Of a stretch of DNA of 64,000 nucleotides, positions 36,845 to 50,826 are shown piece by piece (position 1 is the stretch's first letter; the number at the start of each line of letters is the position of its first letter). Position numbers and translations under genes: made by a program. This DNA is from Antedon mediterranea (Eukaryota > Animalia > Echinodermata), in contig NC_092680.1 of assembly GCF_964355755.1 (NCBI RefSeq), positions 13,525,045 to 13,589,044 of the forward strand, read 5' to 3'. The notes below the pieces were generated by a model that saw only the letters and a list, made by a program, of their open reading frames with translations, did not search any database and was not told the origin of the DNA.

Positions 36845-38700
36845 ACTAGACATGAAACTCGTCACTTTGACGAGTTAGTTATCCGCACGACAAACGCCAC
36901 GTGCACGTCATACGTTGGAATATTGCACCACACCGAAAAAGATTATGTCATTATGACCTGAACTGAAGAATATGATGTGTTGTTAGTACTGAATGCTGTA
37001 TATTTTCTGTCATATAGTATACACAGTATAATCTGTATACATGTCACAAACAGTGTAAAATAGGTGAAATTACGGGACCCATATTTTATTTTAATTTTCA
37101 AAAGGAAACGCGAAGGTACTGTAGTAATTTCGGAAGAAAATTATCTCAGCAACAACATATTAACGTTTAGAAGAAATTTGAATACGTGAAATATTAATGC
37201 GCGCTTTTTTAAATGTAATGAACTATGACGCAAAAGATGAAAATATAACTTTGTTTATTTAACTGGCCATATGATGACGTCACAACATCTGATTGGCGAA
37301 AAGTTTACATGATTTCGTATCTACAATCCCATAGCTTCCTGAAAACGTTTTAATCGTGATTATCACATTTTATTCTTACGAGCTATAACAGATTAAAATT
37401 TACTGTAAAGATGAAATTAATGACGCTGTTAATTAAAATTTTTAGGCATGGTGACGTCATAATAATTAAAATATTTTTTAATCATGCGTAAGATAGTTGA
37501 TTGACCTAGACAATATTAAAATCTCAGAGAAAAAGGAATACAGATAGGCGTGATGCGCTCCATTGAATATGATGAGCAATAACGAAAGAGACAAAAATCC
37601 TATATTTTACATTCGTGTGGCCATACGATGACGTCACAATGTCCGGTTAGCCATATTGATTCATGATCCGATTTCTACAACTCATCAACTTCCAAAATAT
37701 GTAATTAAAAAAAAGTTCACCTCGTTGTTTAGAATCTATGACTGTTTAAAAAAAGGCATAATTTTGACAAATTTTTGAACTTTTTCATCAAAAACGCACG
37801 TAAAGTATCCAATTCAACGTGCCCGTATGACGTAATTGTAAGTCGAAATTGTTTTAAAATTGGTAAAATTACTATAAAAGGCTGGAAAAACATAATTCAA
37901 TAAAAAAAAAATACTTTTAGCGCTACGTGCGCACCACGCGCATAAAATTGTTCGCGCGCGTGGGAAATTTTGACATGGTCAAAATGTCATGATCAGCGTA
38001 GAAAGTTGATTAAAAATTAATTTTGCGCATTTTAAATTTTAAATGCGCGTGTGCGCGTAACTTTGTGTAAAACACGCAATTTTTTTTCAACAGAAAGTTA
38101 GCGCATGATATAAATTAAACTTTTGCTAAGTTTCAATTTAAATTGTTATATGGTTTTAAATCTATGTTAAATACGCGAAATTCATAAAATCGTGCGTAAG
38201 TCACGTTGCGCATTTCTGACGTCATTCACAATAGGAGGTGCACAACTTCACGTGAATGCCCATATGTTGACAAAGTTATGAAATGTTATGTTTACAAGTT
38301 TTTGAGATACGCGAGATACAAAAATAGAGGAGAAATGCGCGTGCGCGCGTAACGTCTTGTAAAACATGGCATTTTTAATCCACAAAAAGTTTGCCCTTGA
38401 TATGACTTAAATTTTCACAAAGTGTCAAAACAAATTTATGCTTGGTTTTTAGTCTATGATCAATCATAAAAAATCATAAAATCGCACGTAAGTCACGTTG
38501 CGCAACTCTGACGTCATTCAAAAATAGGAGGTGCACAACTTCACGTAAATGCCCATATGTTGACAAAGTTATGAAATGTTATGTTTACAAGTTTTTGAGA
38601 TACGTGAGGCACAAAAATGGAGGAGAAAGAAATAAGAAAAAAAAAAAAAAAAAGTAACAGGACGATTACAAGAAGTTATCCGCTACTAAGCGGATAACTA
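36845..38700 (-). mobile_element. Highly divergent sister-family element (1856 bp) with its own termini and two internal duplications
   Basis: Starts actagacatgaaactcgtcactttgacgagtt-agttatccgc and ends gtaacaggacgattacaaga-agttatccgct-acta-agcggataact-a. It has a ~354-bp repeat (37265/37619) and a ~292-bp repeat (~38045/~38337). Confidence 0.9.
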
Positions 38701-41700
38701 ACTAGATTTGAACTCGTCACTACGGACGAGTTAGGTTATCCGCAGCGCAAAAGTCACGCGCATGACACATAAGTTAGAATATTGCGCGCAGAAAAACGAT
38801 TATGCCATTGAAAAAAATGTTAGTGAGCCCTCTATTTTGCGTCACGTCTGAGTATATACGGTATACACTATATACTGTATACGTACTACATACAGTGCTG
38901 AATAGGTGAAAATAAGTGACCAAAGTTATTGACGCTTTTGGACATGATGACGTCATAACAATTTTAAAAATGGTGTATCATTCGTAAGATAATTGATTGA
39001 CCTAGGCAATATATAAAAATGGGGGAAAATGGAATACGGATAAGTGGAGATGTGCTCTATTAAATGTGATGAGCTATGACGAAAGAGACAAAAATCCTAT
39101 ATTTGATATTCGTGTGGCCATACGACGACGTCACAATGTCCGGTTAGCCAAATCAATGCATGATTCTATATTTACAACTCATCTACATTCAAAATATGTA
39201 ATTTTAAAAAAGTTCACCACGTAGTTTAGAATCTATGACTGTTTAAAAAAAGGCATAATTTTGACAAATTTTTGAACTTTTTCATCAAAAATGCGCGTAA
39301 ATTGTTTAATTCTACGTGTTCGTATGACGTGATTTTAAGTCGAAATTGTTTGAAAGTTGGTAAATTTACTAAAAAAGACAGGAAAAACAAAAATCAAGCA
39401 AAAAAATGATGTTTTTGCGCTACGTGCGCACGCGCGCGTAAAAAAATTGCGCACAAGTGGGAATTTTTGAAATGCTCAAAATGACATGAAATGCGTAGAA
39501 AGTTGATTAGAAGTTGATTTTTCGCATTTTGAAATTTTAAACGCGCGTGCGCGCGTAACTTTTTGTGAAACATGCCATTTTTAATCCAAAGAAAGTTTGC
39601 GCATTATATGACTTAAATTTTCACCAAATTTCAATTAAAAACGACTTTTAGTTTTTATTCTATGATCAATCATTGAAATTCACAAAATCGCGCGTAACTT
39701 ACGCTGCGCAACTCGAAATTTGAAAAAAAAAGTTTCTTGCACATCTACAGCTACAGGGCAATATTTTGACAAAGTTATATAATCATTTGTTAGCCAGAAT
39801 TAGAGATATGCTTGCAACAAAATTCGGGGAAAGAAAGAAGAAAATAGAAAAAAAAAGAGAAAAATAAAAAAAAACTAGATTTGAACTCGTCACTACGGAC
39901 GAGTTAGGTTATCCGCAGCGCAAAAGACACGTGCACCATACGTTAGAATATTGCGCGCAGAAATACGATTACACCATTGAAATAATGTTAGTGCGCTCTC
40001 AATTTTGCGTCACGTCAAAGTATATACGGTATACACTATATTCTGTATACGTACTACATACAGTGCAGAATAGGTGAAAATAAGGAACCAAAGTTATTGA
40101 CGCTTTTGGACATGATGACGTCATCACAATTTAAAAAATGGTAGATTTTGCGAAAGATAATTGATTGACCTAGACAATATAAAGAAATGGAGGGCAATGG
40201 AATACGGATAAGTGGAGATGCGCTCTATTAAATGTGATGAGCTATACGAAAGAGAAAAAATCCTTTATTTTATATTCGAGTGGCCATACGATGACGTCAC
40301 AATGTCCGGTTAGCCATATCGATGCATGATTCGATATCTACAACTCATTATCTTCCAGAATGTGTAATTTAAAAAAAGTTCTCCTCGTAGTTTACAATCT
40401 ATGACAGTTTTAAAAAAAGCATAATTTTCACGAATTTTTTAACTTTTTCATCAAAAACGCGCGCAAATTGTTCAATTCTACGTGCTCGTATGACGTGATT
40501 TTAAGTCGAAATTGATTGAAAATTGGTAAATTTACTAGAAAAGGGTGGAAAAACAAAAATCAAGCAAAAAAAAGATGTTTTTGCGCTACGTGCGCACGCG
40601 CGCGTAAGAAAAGTGCGCACGCGTGGGAATTTTTGAAATGCTCAAAATGACATGAAACGCGTAGAAAGTTGATTAGAAATTGATTTTTCGCATTTTGAAA
40701 TTTTAAACACGCGTGCGCGCGTAACTTTCTTTAAAACATGCCATTTTCTCTCCATAGAAAGTTAGCGCATGATATGACTTAAATTTTCACCAAGTTTCAA
40801 TACAAAATGACATAAAGTTTTTATTCTATGATCAATCATTGAAATTCATAAAATCGCGCGTAACTTACGCTGCGCGACTCAAAATTCATAAAAAAAAGTT
40901 TCTTGCACATCTACAGCTACAGGGCAATCTTTTGACAAATTTATACAATCATATGTTGGCCAGAATTAGAGATACGCTGCCAACAAAAAATGGGAGAGAA
41001 GTGTGTAAAGAAAGAAATAAATACTAGATTTGAACTCGTCACTACGGACGAGTTAGGTTATCCGCAGCGCAAAAGCCACGTGCACGTCATACGTTAGAAT
41101 ATTGCGCGCAAAAAAAAAAACGATTAATGACATTGAAAAAATGTTAGTGCGCTCTCTATTTTGCGTCACGTCTGAGTATATACAGTATGTACTATATACT
41201 GTATATGTACTACGTACAGTTCAGAATAGGTGAAAATAAGGGACCAAAGTTATTGACGCTTTTGAACAAGATGACGTCATAAAAATTTTAAAAATGGTGA
41301 ATCATGCGAAAGATAATTGATTGACCTAGACAATATAAAAAATAGAGGGCAATGGAATACGGATAAGGGGAGATGCGCTCTATTAAATGTGACGAGCTAT
41401 GACGAAAGAGACAAAAATCCTATATTTCATATTTGAGTGGCCAAACGATGACGTCACAATGTCCGGTTCGCCATATCGATGCATGATTCGAAATCTACAA
41501 CTAATCAACTTCCAGAATATGTAATTTTAAAAAAGTTCACCACGTAGTTTACAATCTATGACTTTTTTAAAAAAGGCATAATTTTCACGAATTTTTTAAC
41601 TTTTTCATCAAAAACGCGCGCAAATTTTTCAATTCTACGTGCTCGTATGACGTGATTTTTAGTCGAAATTGTTTGAAAGTTGGTAAATCTACTAAAAAAA

Positions 41701-42248
41701 GACAGGAAAAACAAAATTCAAGCCAAAAAATGATGTTTTTGCGTTACGTGCGCACGCGCGCGTAAAAAAATTGCGCACGTGTAGGAATTTTTGAAATGCT
41801 CAAAATGACATGAAACGCGTAGAAAGTTGATTAGAAGTTGATTTTTCGCATTTTGAAATTTTGAACGCGCGTGCGCGCGTAACTTACTGCACAACCTGCC
41901 ATTTTTAATCCATAGAAAGTTTGCGCTTAATATGACTTAAATTTTCACCAAGTTTCAATACAAAATGACTTTTGGTTTTTAATCTATGATCAATAATTGA
42001 AATTCATAAAATCACGCGTAACTTACGCTGCGCAACTCGGACGGGACCGAAAACCTTATTACGACATCTTCAGATAGAGGTCAATCTTCTGATAAAGTTA
42101 TACAATGTTATGTTAAGAAGATTTAGAGATACACGCGCAACAAAATTCTGGGAAAGAAAGAAGAAAAAAGAAAAAAAAGAAAAAAAATAAAAAAAAAAAA
42201 AAAAAGATCCTGACAATAACAAGGGGTTATCCGCCAAGTGCGGATAAC

Positions 42249-42282
<34 letters not shown>

Positions 42283-42325
42283 TCCTGACAATAACAAGAG
42301 GTTATCCGCCAAGTGCGGATAACCA
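38701..42325 (-). mobile_element. Nested structure: host 38701-39873 split in its A-tract; two-unit insert 39874-42249; displaced cap region 42250-42325
   Basis: The host is the same monomer as the intact copies at 8306, 22058 and 61547 but stops inside the final A run. An extra cap appears two units later. Confidence 0.65.
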
Positions 42326-42456
42326 ACTAGATTTGAACTCGTCACTACGGACGAGTTAGGTTATCCGCAGCGAAAAGGCCACTTGCACGTCATACGTTAA
42401 AATATTGCGCGCAGAAAAACGATTTAAGTCATTGAAACAATTTCAATGTGCTCTTT

Positions 42457-44383
42457 ATTTTTCGTCACGTCTGAGTATATACGGTATACACTATATACTG
42501 TATACGTACTACATACAGTGCAGAATAGGTGAAAATAAGTGACCAAAGTTATTGACGCTTTTGAACATGATGACGTCATTATAATTTTGAAAATGGTGAA
42601 TCGTGCGAAAGGTAATTGATAGACCTAGACAACATAAAAAAATGGGGGGAAATGAAATACAAATAAGTGGAGATGCGCTATATTAAATGTGACGAGCTAC
42701 GAGGAAAGAGACAAAAATCCTATATTTTATATTCGAGTGGCCATACGATGACGTCAGAATGTCCGGTTAGCCATATTGATGCATTATTTGATATCTGCAA
42801 CTCATCTACTACCAGAATATGTAATTATAAAAAAGTTCACCACGTAGTTTAGAATTTATTAAAAAAAGACATAATTTTGACAAATTTTTGAACTTTTTCA
42901 TCAAAAATGCGCGTAAATTGTTTAATTCTACGTGCTCGTATGACGTGATTTTAAGTCGAAATTGTTTGAAAGCTGGTAAATTTTCTAAAAAAGACAGTAA
43001 GAACAAAAATCAATCAAAAAAATGATGTTTTTGCGCTACGTGCGCACGTGCGCGTAAAAAAATTGCGCACGCGTTGAAATTTTTGAAATGCTCAAAATGA
43101 CATGAAACGCGTAGAAAGTTGATTAGATATTGATTTTTCGCATTTTGAAATTTTAAATACGCGTGCGCGCGTAACTTTTTATGAAACATGCCATTTTTAA
43201 TCCATAGAAAGTTTGCGCATTATATGACTTAAATGTTCACCAAGTTTCAATACAAAACGACTTTTAGTTTTTATTCTATGATCAATCATTGAAATTCACA
43301 AAATCGCGCGTAACTTACGCTGCGCAACTCTAAAGTCAAAAAACGAAACGTCCTGCACATCTACCGCTACTGGTCAATATTATGACAAAGTTACACAATC
43401 TTATGTTGGCCAGAATTTTTTCGTCACGTCTGAGTATATACGGTATACACTATATACTGTATACGTACTACATACAGTGCAGAATAGGTGAAAATAAGTG
43501 ACCAAAGTTATTGACGCTTTTGAACATGATGACGTCATTATAATTTTGAAAATGGTGAATCGTGCGAAAGGTAATTGATAGACCTAGACAACATAAAAAA
43601 ATGGGGGGAAATGAAATACAAATAAGTGGAGATGCGCTATATTAAATGTGACGAGCTACGAGGAAAGAGACAAAAATCCTATATTTTATATTCGAGTGGC
43701 CATACGATGACGTCAGAATGTCCGGTTAGCCATATTGATGCATTATTTGATATCTGCAACTCATCTACTACCAGAATATGTAATTATAAAAAAGTTCACC
43801 ACGTAGTTTAGAATTTATGACTGTTTAAAAAAAGACATAATTTTGACAAATTTTTGAACTTTTTCATCAAAAATGCGCGTAAATTGTTTAATTCTACGTG
43901 CTCGTATGACGTGATTTTAAGTCGAAATTGTTTGAAAGCTGGTAAATTTTCTAAAAAAGACAGTAAAAACAAAAATCAATCAAAAAAATGATGTTTTTGC
44001 GCTACGTGCGCACGTGCGCGTAAAAAAATTGCGCACGCGTTGAAATTTTTGAAATGCTCAAAATGACATGAAACGCGTAGAAAGTTGATTAGATATTGAT
44101 TTTTCGCATTTTGAAATTTTAAATACGCGTGCGCGCGTAACTTTTTATGAAACATGCCATTTTTAATCCATAGAAAGTTTGCGCATTATATGACTTAAAT
44201 GTTCACCAAGTTTCAATACAAAACGACTTTTAGTTTTTATTCTATGATCAATCATTGAAATTCACAAAATCGCGCGTAACTTACGCTGCGCAACTCTAAA
44301 GTCAAAAAACGAAACGTCCTGCACATCTACCGCTACTGGTCAATATTATGACAAAGTTACGCAATCTTATGTTGGCCAGAATT
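42457..44383. repeat. Near-perfect ~960-bp internal tandem duplication inside the unit 42326-44438
   Basis: The junction ggccagaatttttt|cgtcacg at ~43415 skips both termini. Identical 61-aa ORFs sit at 42667 and 43626 (offset 959). Copy 1 has a 7-bp deletion near 42858. Confidence 0.93.
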
Positions 44384-47300
44384 AGAGATACGCTGCCCAC
44401 AAAAAATGGGAGAGAAAAGTGGAAGGAAAGAAATAAATACTAGATTTGAACTCGTCACTACGGACGAGTTAGGTTATCCGCAGTCCTAAAGCCACGTGCA
44501 CGTCATACGTTGGAATATTGCGCGCAGAAAAACGATTATGCCATTGAAAAAATGTGAGTGCGCTCTCTATTTTGTGTCACGTCAAAGTGTATACGGTATA
44601 CACTATATACCGTATACGTACTACATACAGTTCAGAATAGGTGAAAATAAGTGACCAAAGTTATTGACGCTTTTGGACATGATGACGTCATCACAATTTT
44701 TAAAATGGTGAATCGTGCGAAAGATAATTGATAGACCTAGACAATATAAAAAAAATGGGGGGAAATGGAATACAAATAAGTGAAGATGCGCTATATTAAA
44801 TGTTACGAGCTACGAGGAAAGAGACAAAAATCCTATATTTTATATTCGAGTGGCCATATGATGACGTCACAATGTCCGGTTAGCCATATTGATGCATGAT
44901 TTGATATCTGCAACTCATCTACTACCAGAATATGTAATTATAAAAAAGTTCACCACGTAGTTTAGAATTTATGACTGTTTAAAAAAAGGCATAATTTTGA
45001 CTAATTTTTTAACTTTTTCATCAAAAATGCGCGTAAATTGTTTAATTCTACGTGCTCGTATGACGTGATTTTAAGTCGAAATTGTTTGAAAGTTGGTAAA
45101 TTTTCTAAAAGAGACAGGAAAAACAAAAATCAAGCAAAAAAATGATGTTTTTGCGCTACGTGCGCACGTGCGCGTAAAAAAATTGCGCACGCATGGGAAT
45201 TTTTGAAATGCTCAAAATGACATGAAACGCGTAGAAAGTTGATTAGATATTGATTTTTCGCATTTTAAAATTTTAAACGCGCGTGCGCGCGTAACTTTTT
45301 GTAAAACATGTCATTTTTAATCAATAGAAAGTTTGCGCATTATATGACTTAAATGTTCACCAAGTTTCAATATAAAATGAATTTTAGTTTTTAATCTACG
45401 ATCAATCATTGAAATTCATAAAATCGCGCGTAACTTACGCTGCGCAACTCCGAAATCGTCCAAAAGCTTGGCTGCACATCTACAGCTACAGGTCAATCTT
45501 ATGACAAAGTTATACAATGTTATATTTGCCAGAATTAGAGATATGCGACCAACAAAATTCGTGGAAAGAAAGAAGAACAAAGAAAAAGAAAAAGAAAAAA
45601 AAAAAAAAAAAAAAAAAGATCCTGACAATAACAAGGGGTTATCCGCCAAGTGCGGATAACCAACTAGATTTGAACTCGTCACTACGGACGAGTTAGGTTA
45701 TCCGCAGCGCAAAGGCCACGCGCACGTCATACGTTAAAACATTGCGCGCAGAAAAACGATTAAGTAATTGAAACAATTTCAGCGTGCTCTTTATTTTTCG
45801 TCACGTCTGAGTATATACGGTATACACTATATACTGTATACGTACTACATACAGTGCAGAATAGGTGAAAATAAGTGACCAAAGTTATTGACGCTTTTGA
45901 ACATGATGACGTCATCACAATTTTTAAAATGATGAATCGTGCGAAAGATAATTGATAGACCTAGACAACATAAAAAAAATGGGGGGAAATGGAATACAAA
46001 TAAGTGGAGATGCGCTATATTAAATGTGACGAGCTACGATGAAAGAGAAAAAAATCCTATATTTTATATTCGAGTGGCCATATGATGACGTCACATTGTC
46101 CGGTTAGCCATATTGATGCATGATTTGATATCTGCAACTCATCTACTACCAGAATATGTAATTATAAAAAAGTTCACCACGTAGTTTAGAATTTATGACT
46201 GTTTAAAAAAAGGCATAATTTTGACTAATTTTTGAACTTTTTCATCAAAAATGCGCGTAAATTGTTTAATTCTACGTGCTCGTATGACGTGATTTTTAGT
46301 CGAAATTGTTTGAAAGTTGGTACATTTTCTAAAAAAGACATGAAAAACAAAAATCAAGCAAAAAAATGATGTTTTTGCGCTACGTGCGCACGTGCGCGTA
46401 AAAAAATTGCGCACGCGTGGGAATTTTTGAAATGCTTAAAATGACATGAAACGCGTAGAAAGTTGATTAGATATTGATTTTTCGCATTTTGAAATTTTAA
46501 ACGCGCATGCGCGCGTAACTTTTTGTAAAATATGCCATTTTTAATCCATAGAAAGTTTGCGCAACATATGACTTAAATTTTCACCAAGTTTCAATACAAA
46601 ATGAATTTTAGTTTTTAATCTATGATCAATAATTGAAATTCATAAAATCGCGCGTAACTTACGCTGCGCGACTCAAAATTTGAAAAAAAAAGTTTCTTGC
46701 ACATCTACAGATATAGGCCAATCTTTTAACAAAGTTATACAATCTTCTGTTGGCTAGAATTAGAGATACGCTGCCCACAAAAAATGGGAGAGAAGTGTGT
46801 AAAGAAAGAAATAAATACTAGATTTGAACTCGTCACTACGGACGAGTTAGGTTATCCGCAGCGCAAAAGCCACGTGCACGTCGTACGTTAGAATATTGCG
46901 CGCAGATAAACGATGATGCCATTGAAACAATTTCAGTTTTCTCTCTATTTTGCGTCACGTCTAAGTATATACGGTATACACTATATTATACTCTATACGT
47001 ACTACATACAGTGCAGAATAGGTGAAAATAAGTGACCAAAGTTATTGACGCTTTTGGACATGATGACGTCATCACAATTTTTAAACTAATGAATCATGCG
47101 AAAGATAATTGATTGACTTAGACAATATAAAGAAATGGAGGGCAATGGAATACGGATAAGTCGAGATGCGCTCTATTAAATGTGATGAGCTCTACGAAAG
47201 AGAAAAAAATCCTATATTTTATATTCGAGTGGCCATACGATGACGTCACAATGTCCGGTTAGCCATATCGATGCATGATTTGATATTTACAACTCATCTA

Positions 47301-47969
47301 CTTCCAGAATCTGAAATTTAAAAAATTTTCACCTCGGAGTTTAGAATCTATGACTTTTTAAAAAAAGGCATAATTTTCACGAATTTTTGAACTTTTTCAT
47401 CAAAAACGCGCGCAAATTGTTCAATTCTACGTGCTCGTATGACGTGATTTTAAGTCCAAATTGTTTGAAAGTTGGTAAATTTACTAGAAAAGGCTGGAAA
47501 AACAAAAATCAAACAAAAAAAAGATGTTTTTGCGCTACGTGCGCACGCGCGCGTAAAAAAATTGCGCATGCCTGGGAATTTTTGAAATGCTCAAAATGAC
47601 ATGAAACGCGTAGAAAGTTGATTAGAAGTTGATTTTTTGCATTTTGAAATTTTAAACGCGCGTGCGCGCGTAACTTCCTGTGAAACATGCCATTTTTAAT
47701 CCATAGAAAGTTTGCGCTTGATATGACTTAAATGTTCACTAAGTTTCAATATAAAATGACTTTCGGTTTTTAATCTATGATCAATCATTTAAATTCATAA
47801 AACCGCGCGTAACTTACGCTGCGCAACTCAAAATTCATAAAAAAAAGTTTCTTGCACATCTACAGCTACAGGGCAATCTTTTGACAAAGTTATACAATCA
47901 TATGTTTGCCAGAGTTAGAGATACGCTGCGAACAAAATTCGTGGAAAGAAAGAAGAACATAGAAAAAAA

Positions 47970-48000
<31 letters not shown>

Positions 48001-49250
48001 GATCCTGACAATAACAAGGGGTTATCCGCCAAGTGCGGATAACCAACTAGATTTGAACTCGTCACTACGGACGAGTTAGGTTATCCGCAGAGCAAAAGCC
48101 ACGTGCACGTCATACGTTAGAATATTGCGCAGAGAAAAACATTATGCCATTGAAAAAATGTTAGTGCGCTCTCTATTTTACGTCACGTCTAAGTATACAC
48201 AGTATACACTATATATTGTATACGTACTACATACAGTGAAGAATATGTGAAAATAAGTGGCCCAAGTTATTGACGCTTTTGGACATGATGACGTCATCAC
48301 AATTTAAAAAATGGTAAATCATGCGAAAGATAATTGATTGACCTAGACAAAATAAAAAAATTGAGGGAAATGGAATACGGATAAGTGGAGATGCGCTCTA
48401 TTAAATGTGACGAGCTATGACGAAAGAGACAAAAATCCTATATTTCATATTCGAGTGGCCAAACGATGACGTCACAATGTCCGGTTAGCCATATCGATGC
48501 ATGATTCGATATCTACAACTCATTATCTTCCAGAATGTGTAATTTAAAAAAAGTTCTCCTCGTAGTTTACAATCTATGACTGTTTTAAAAAAGGCATAAT
48601 TTTGACGAATTTTGGAACTTTTTCTTAAAAAATGCGCGCAAATTGTTTAATTCTACGTGCTCGTATGACGTGATTTTAAGTCAAAATTGATTGAAAATTG
48701 GTAAATTTACTAGAAAAGGCTGAAAAAACAAAAATCAAGCAAAAAAAAGATGTTTTTGCGTTACGTGCGCACGCGCGCGTAAAAAAAATGCGCACGCGTG
48801 GGAATTTTTGAAATGCTCAAAATGACCTGAAACGCGTAGAAAGTTGATTAGAAATGGATTTTTCGCAATTTGAAATTTTAAACGCGCGTGCGCGCGTAAC
48901 TTTATGTCAAACATGCCATTTTTAATCCATAGAAAGTTTGCCCTTGATATGACTTAAATGTTCACCAAGTGTCATTACAAAATGACTTTTGCTTTTTAGT
49001 ATATGTTAAATACGCGAAATTCATAAAATCGCGCGTAGCTTACGCTGCGCGACTCTAAAGTAAAAAAACGAGCTGTCCTGCACTTCTACAGATAGAGGTA
49101 AATCTTCTGACAAAGTTATACGATGTAATGTTGATCAGAATTTGAGATACACGTGACACAAAATTTTGGGAAAGAAAGAAGAATAACATAGAAAAAAAAA
49201 AAAAAGATCCTGACAATAACAAGAGGTTATCCGCCAAGTGCGGATAACCA

Positions 49251-50826
49251 ACTAGATTTGAACTCGTCACTTTGACGAGTTCGGGTTATCCGCGCAAAGG
49301 CAACATGCACATACTTTAAACTATATGAACTTCGACAAATATTATGCCATCCTATGACATGAATTAAACATGTTTACAGTGCTGAATTGTACCTATTATG
49401 TAGCATACAGCATGTTATAGAATACACTGTTATATGTTATATACAGTGTAGTATATACGAAATTACGAGACCATCTTTTAAATCCAATTGTTAACACGAT
49501 GATGTCATCAAATTGACATATAAAGATAACTATTTTAGAAGATAATTATCTAAATAATTACATTAATACAAATTTGAAGAATGTTGGGCACGTAAAAGTG
49601 ACATGCGCTCTCGTTTAAACGCAATGAACTTTTACGCAAAGGATAAAAATACGACTTTTTTTATTCAACTGGCCATATGATGACGTCACAGGATCTGGTT
49701 GGCAAAATATTTACATGAATTCGTATCTACAATTCAATGACTTCCAGAAAACGTTTAAATCATGAATATCACTTTTTATTCTGACGAGATATAACAGATT
49801 AAAATTCACTGTAAAGATGAAAATAAGTGACCCACGTTGTTTAGATTTTTAGACATGATGACGTCATAAGAATTAAAATATTTTAACTCCTGCGAAAGAT
49901 AGTTGATTGACGTAGACAATATTAAAATCTCTGGGGAAATGGAATACGTATAAGTGAGATGCGCTCTGTTGAATGTGATGAGCAATAACGAAAGAGACAA
50001 AAATCCTATATTTTATATTTTAGTGGCCATGCGATGACGTCACAATGTCCGCTTAGCCATATCGATGCATGATTTGATATCTAAAACTCATCTACTTCCA
50101 GAATCTGAAATTTTGAAAATGTTAACCACGGAGTTTAGAATCTATGACTTTTTAAAGAAAGGCATAATTTTCACGAATTTTTGAACTTTTTCATCAAAAA
50201 CGTGCGTAAATTGTTCAATTCTACGTGCTCGTATGACGTGATTTTAAGTCGAAATTGATTGAAAATTGGTATATTTACTATAAAAGGCTGAAAAAACAAA
50301 AATCAAGCATAACAAAGATGTTTTTGCGCCACGTGCGTACGCGCGCGTAAAAAAATTGCGCACGCGTGGGAATTTTTGAAATGCTCAAAATGACATGAAA
50401 CGCGTAGAAAGTTGATTAGAAGTTGATTTTTCGCATTTTGAAATTTTAAACGCGCGTGCGCGCGTAACTTTTTGCGCAATCTGCCATTTTTAATCCATAG
50501 AAATTTTGCGCATGATATGACTTAAATTTTCACCAAGTTTCAATACAAAATGACTTTTGGTTTTTAATCTATGATCAATCATTGAAATTCATAAAATCGC
50601 ACGTAACTTACGCTGCGCAACTCCGATATCGTCGAAAAGCTTGGCTGCAAATCTACAGCTATAGGTGAATCTTATGACAAAGGTATACAATCTTATGTTG
50701 GCCAGAATTAGAGATACCCTGCGAACAAAATTCGTGGAAAGAAAGAAGAATAAGATAGAAAAAAAAAAAGAAAAAAAAAAAGATCCTGACAATAACAAGG
50801 GGTTATCCGCCAAGTGCGGATAACCA
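49251..50826 (-). mobile_element. Long variant element (1576 bp), same subfamily head as 18013-19590
   Basis: Same divergent start (actttgacgagttcgggttatccgcgcaaa). Internal repeat markers are at 49671 and 50025. Confidence 0.9.
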
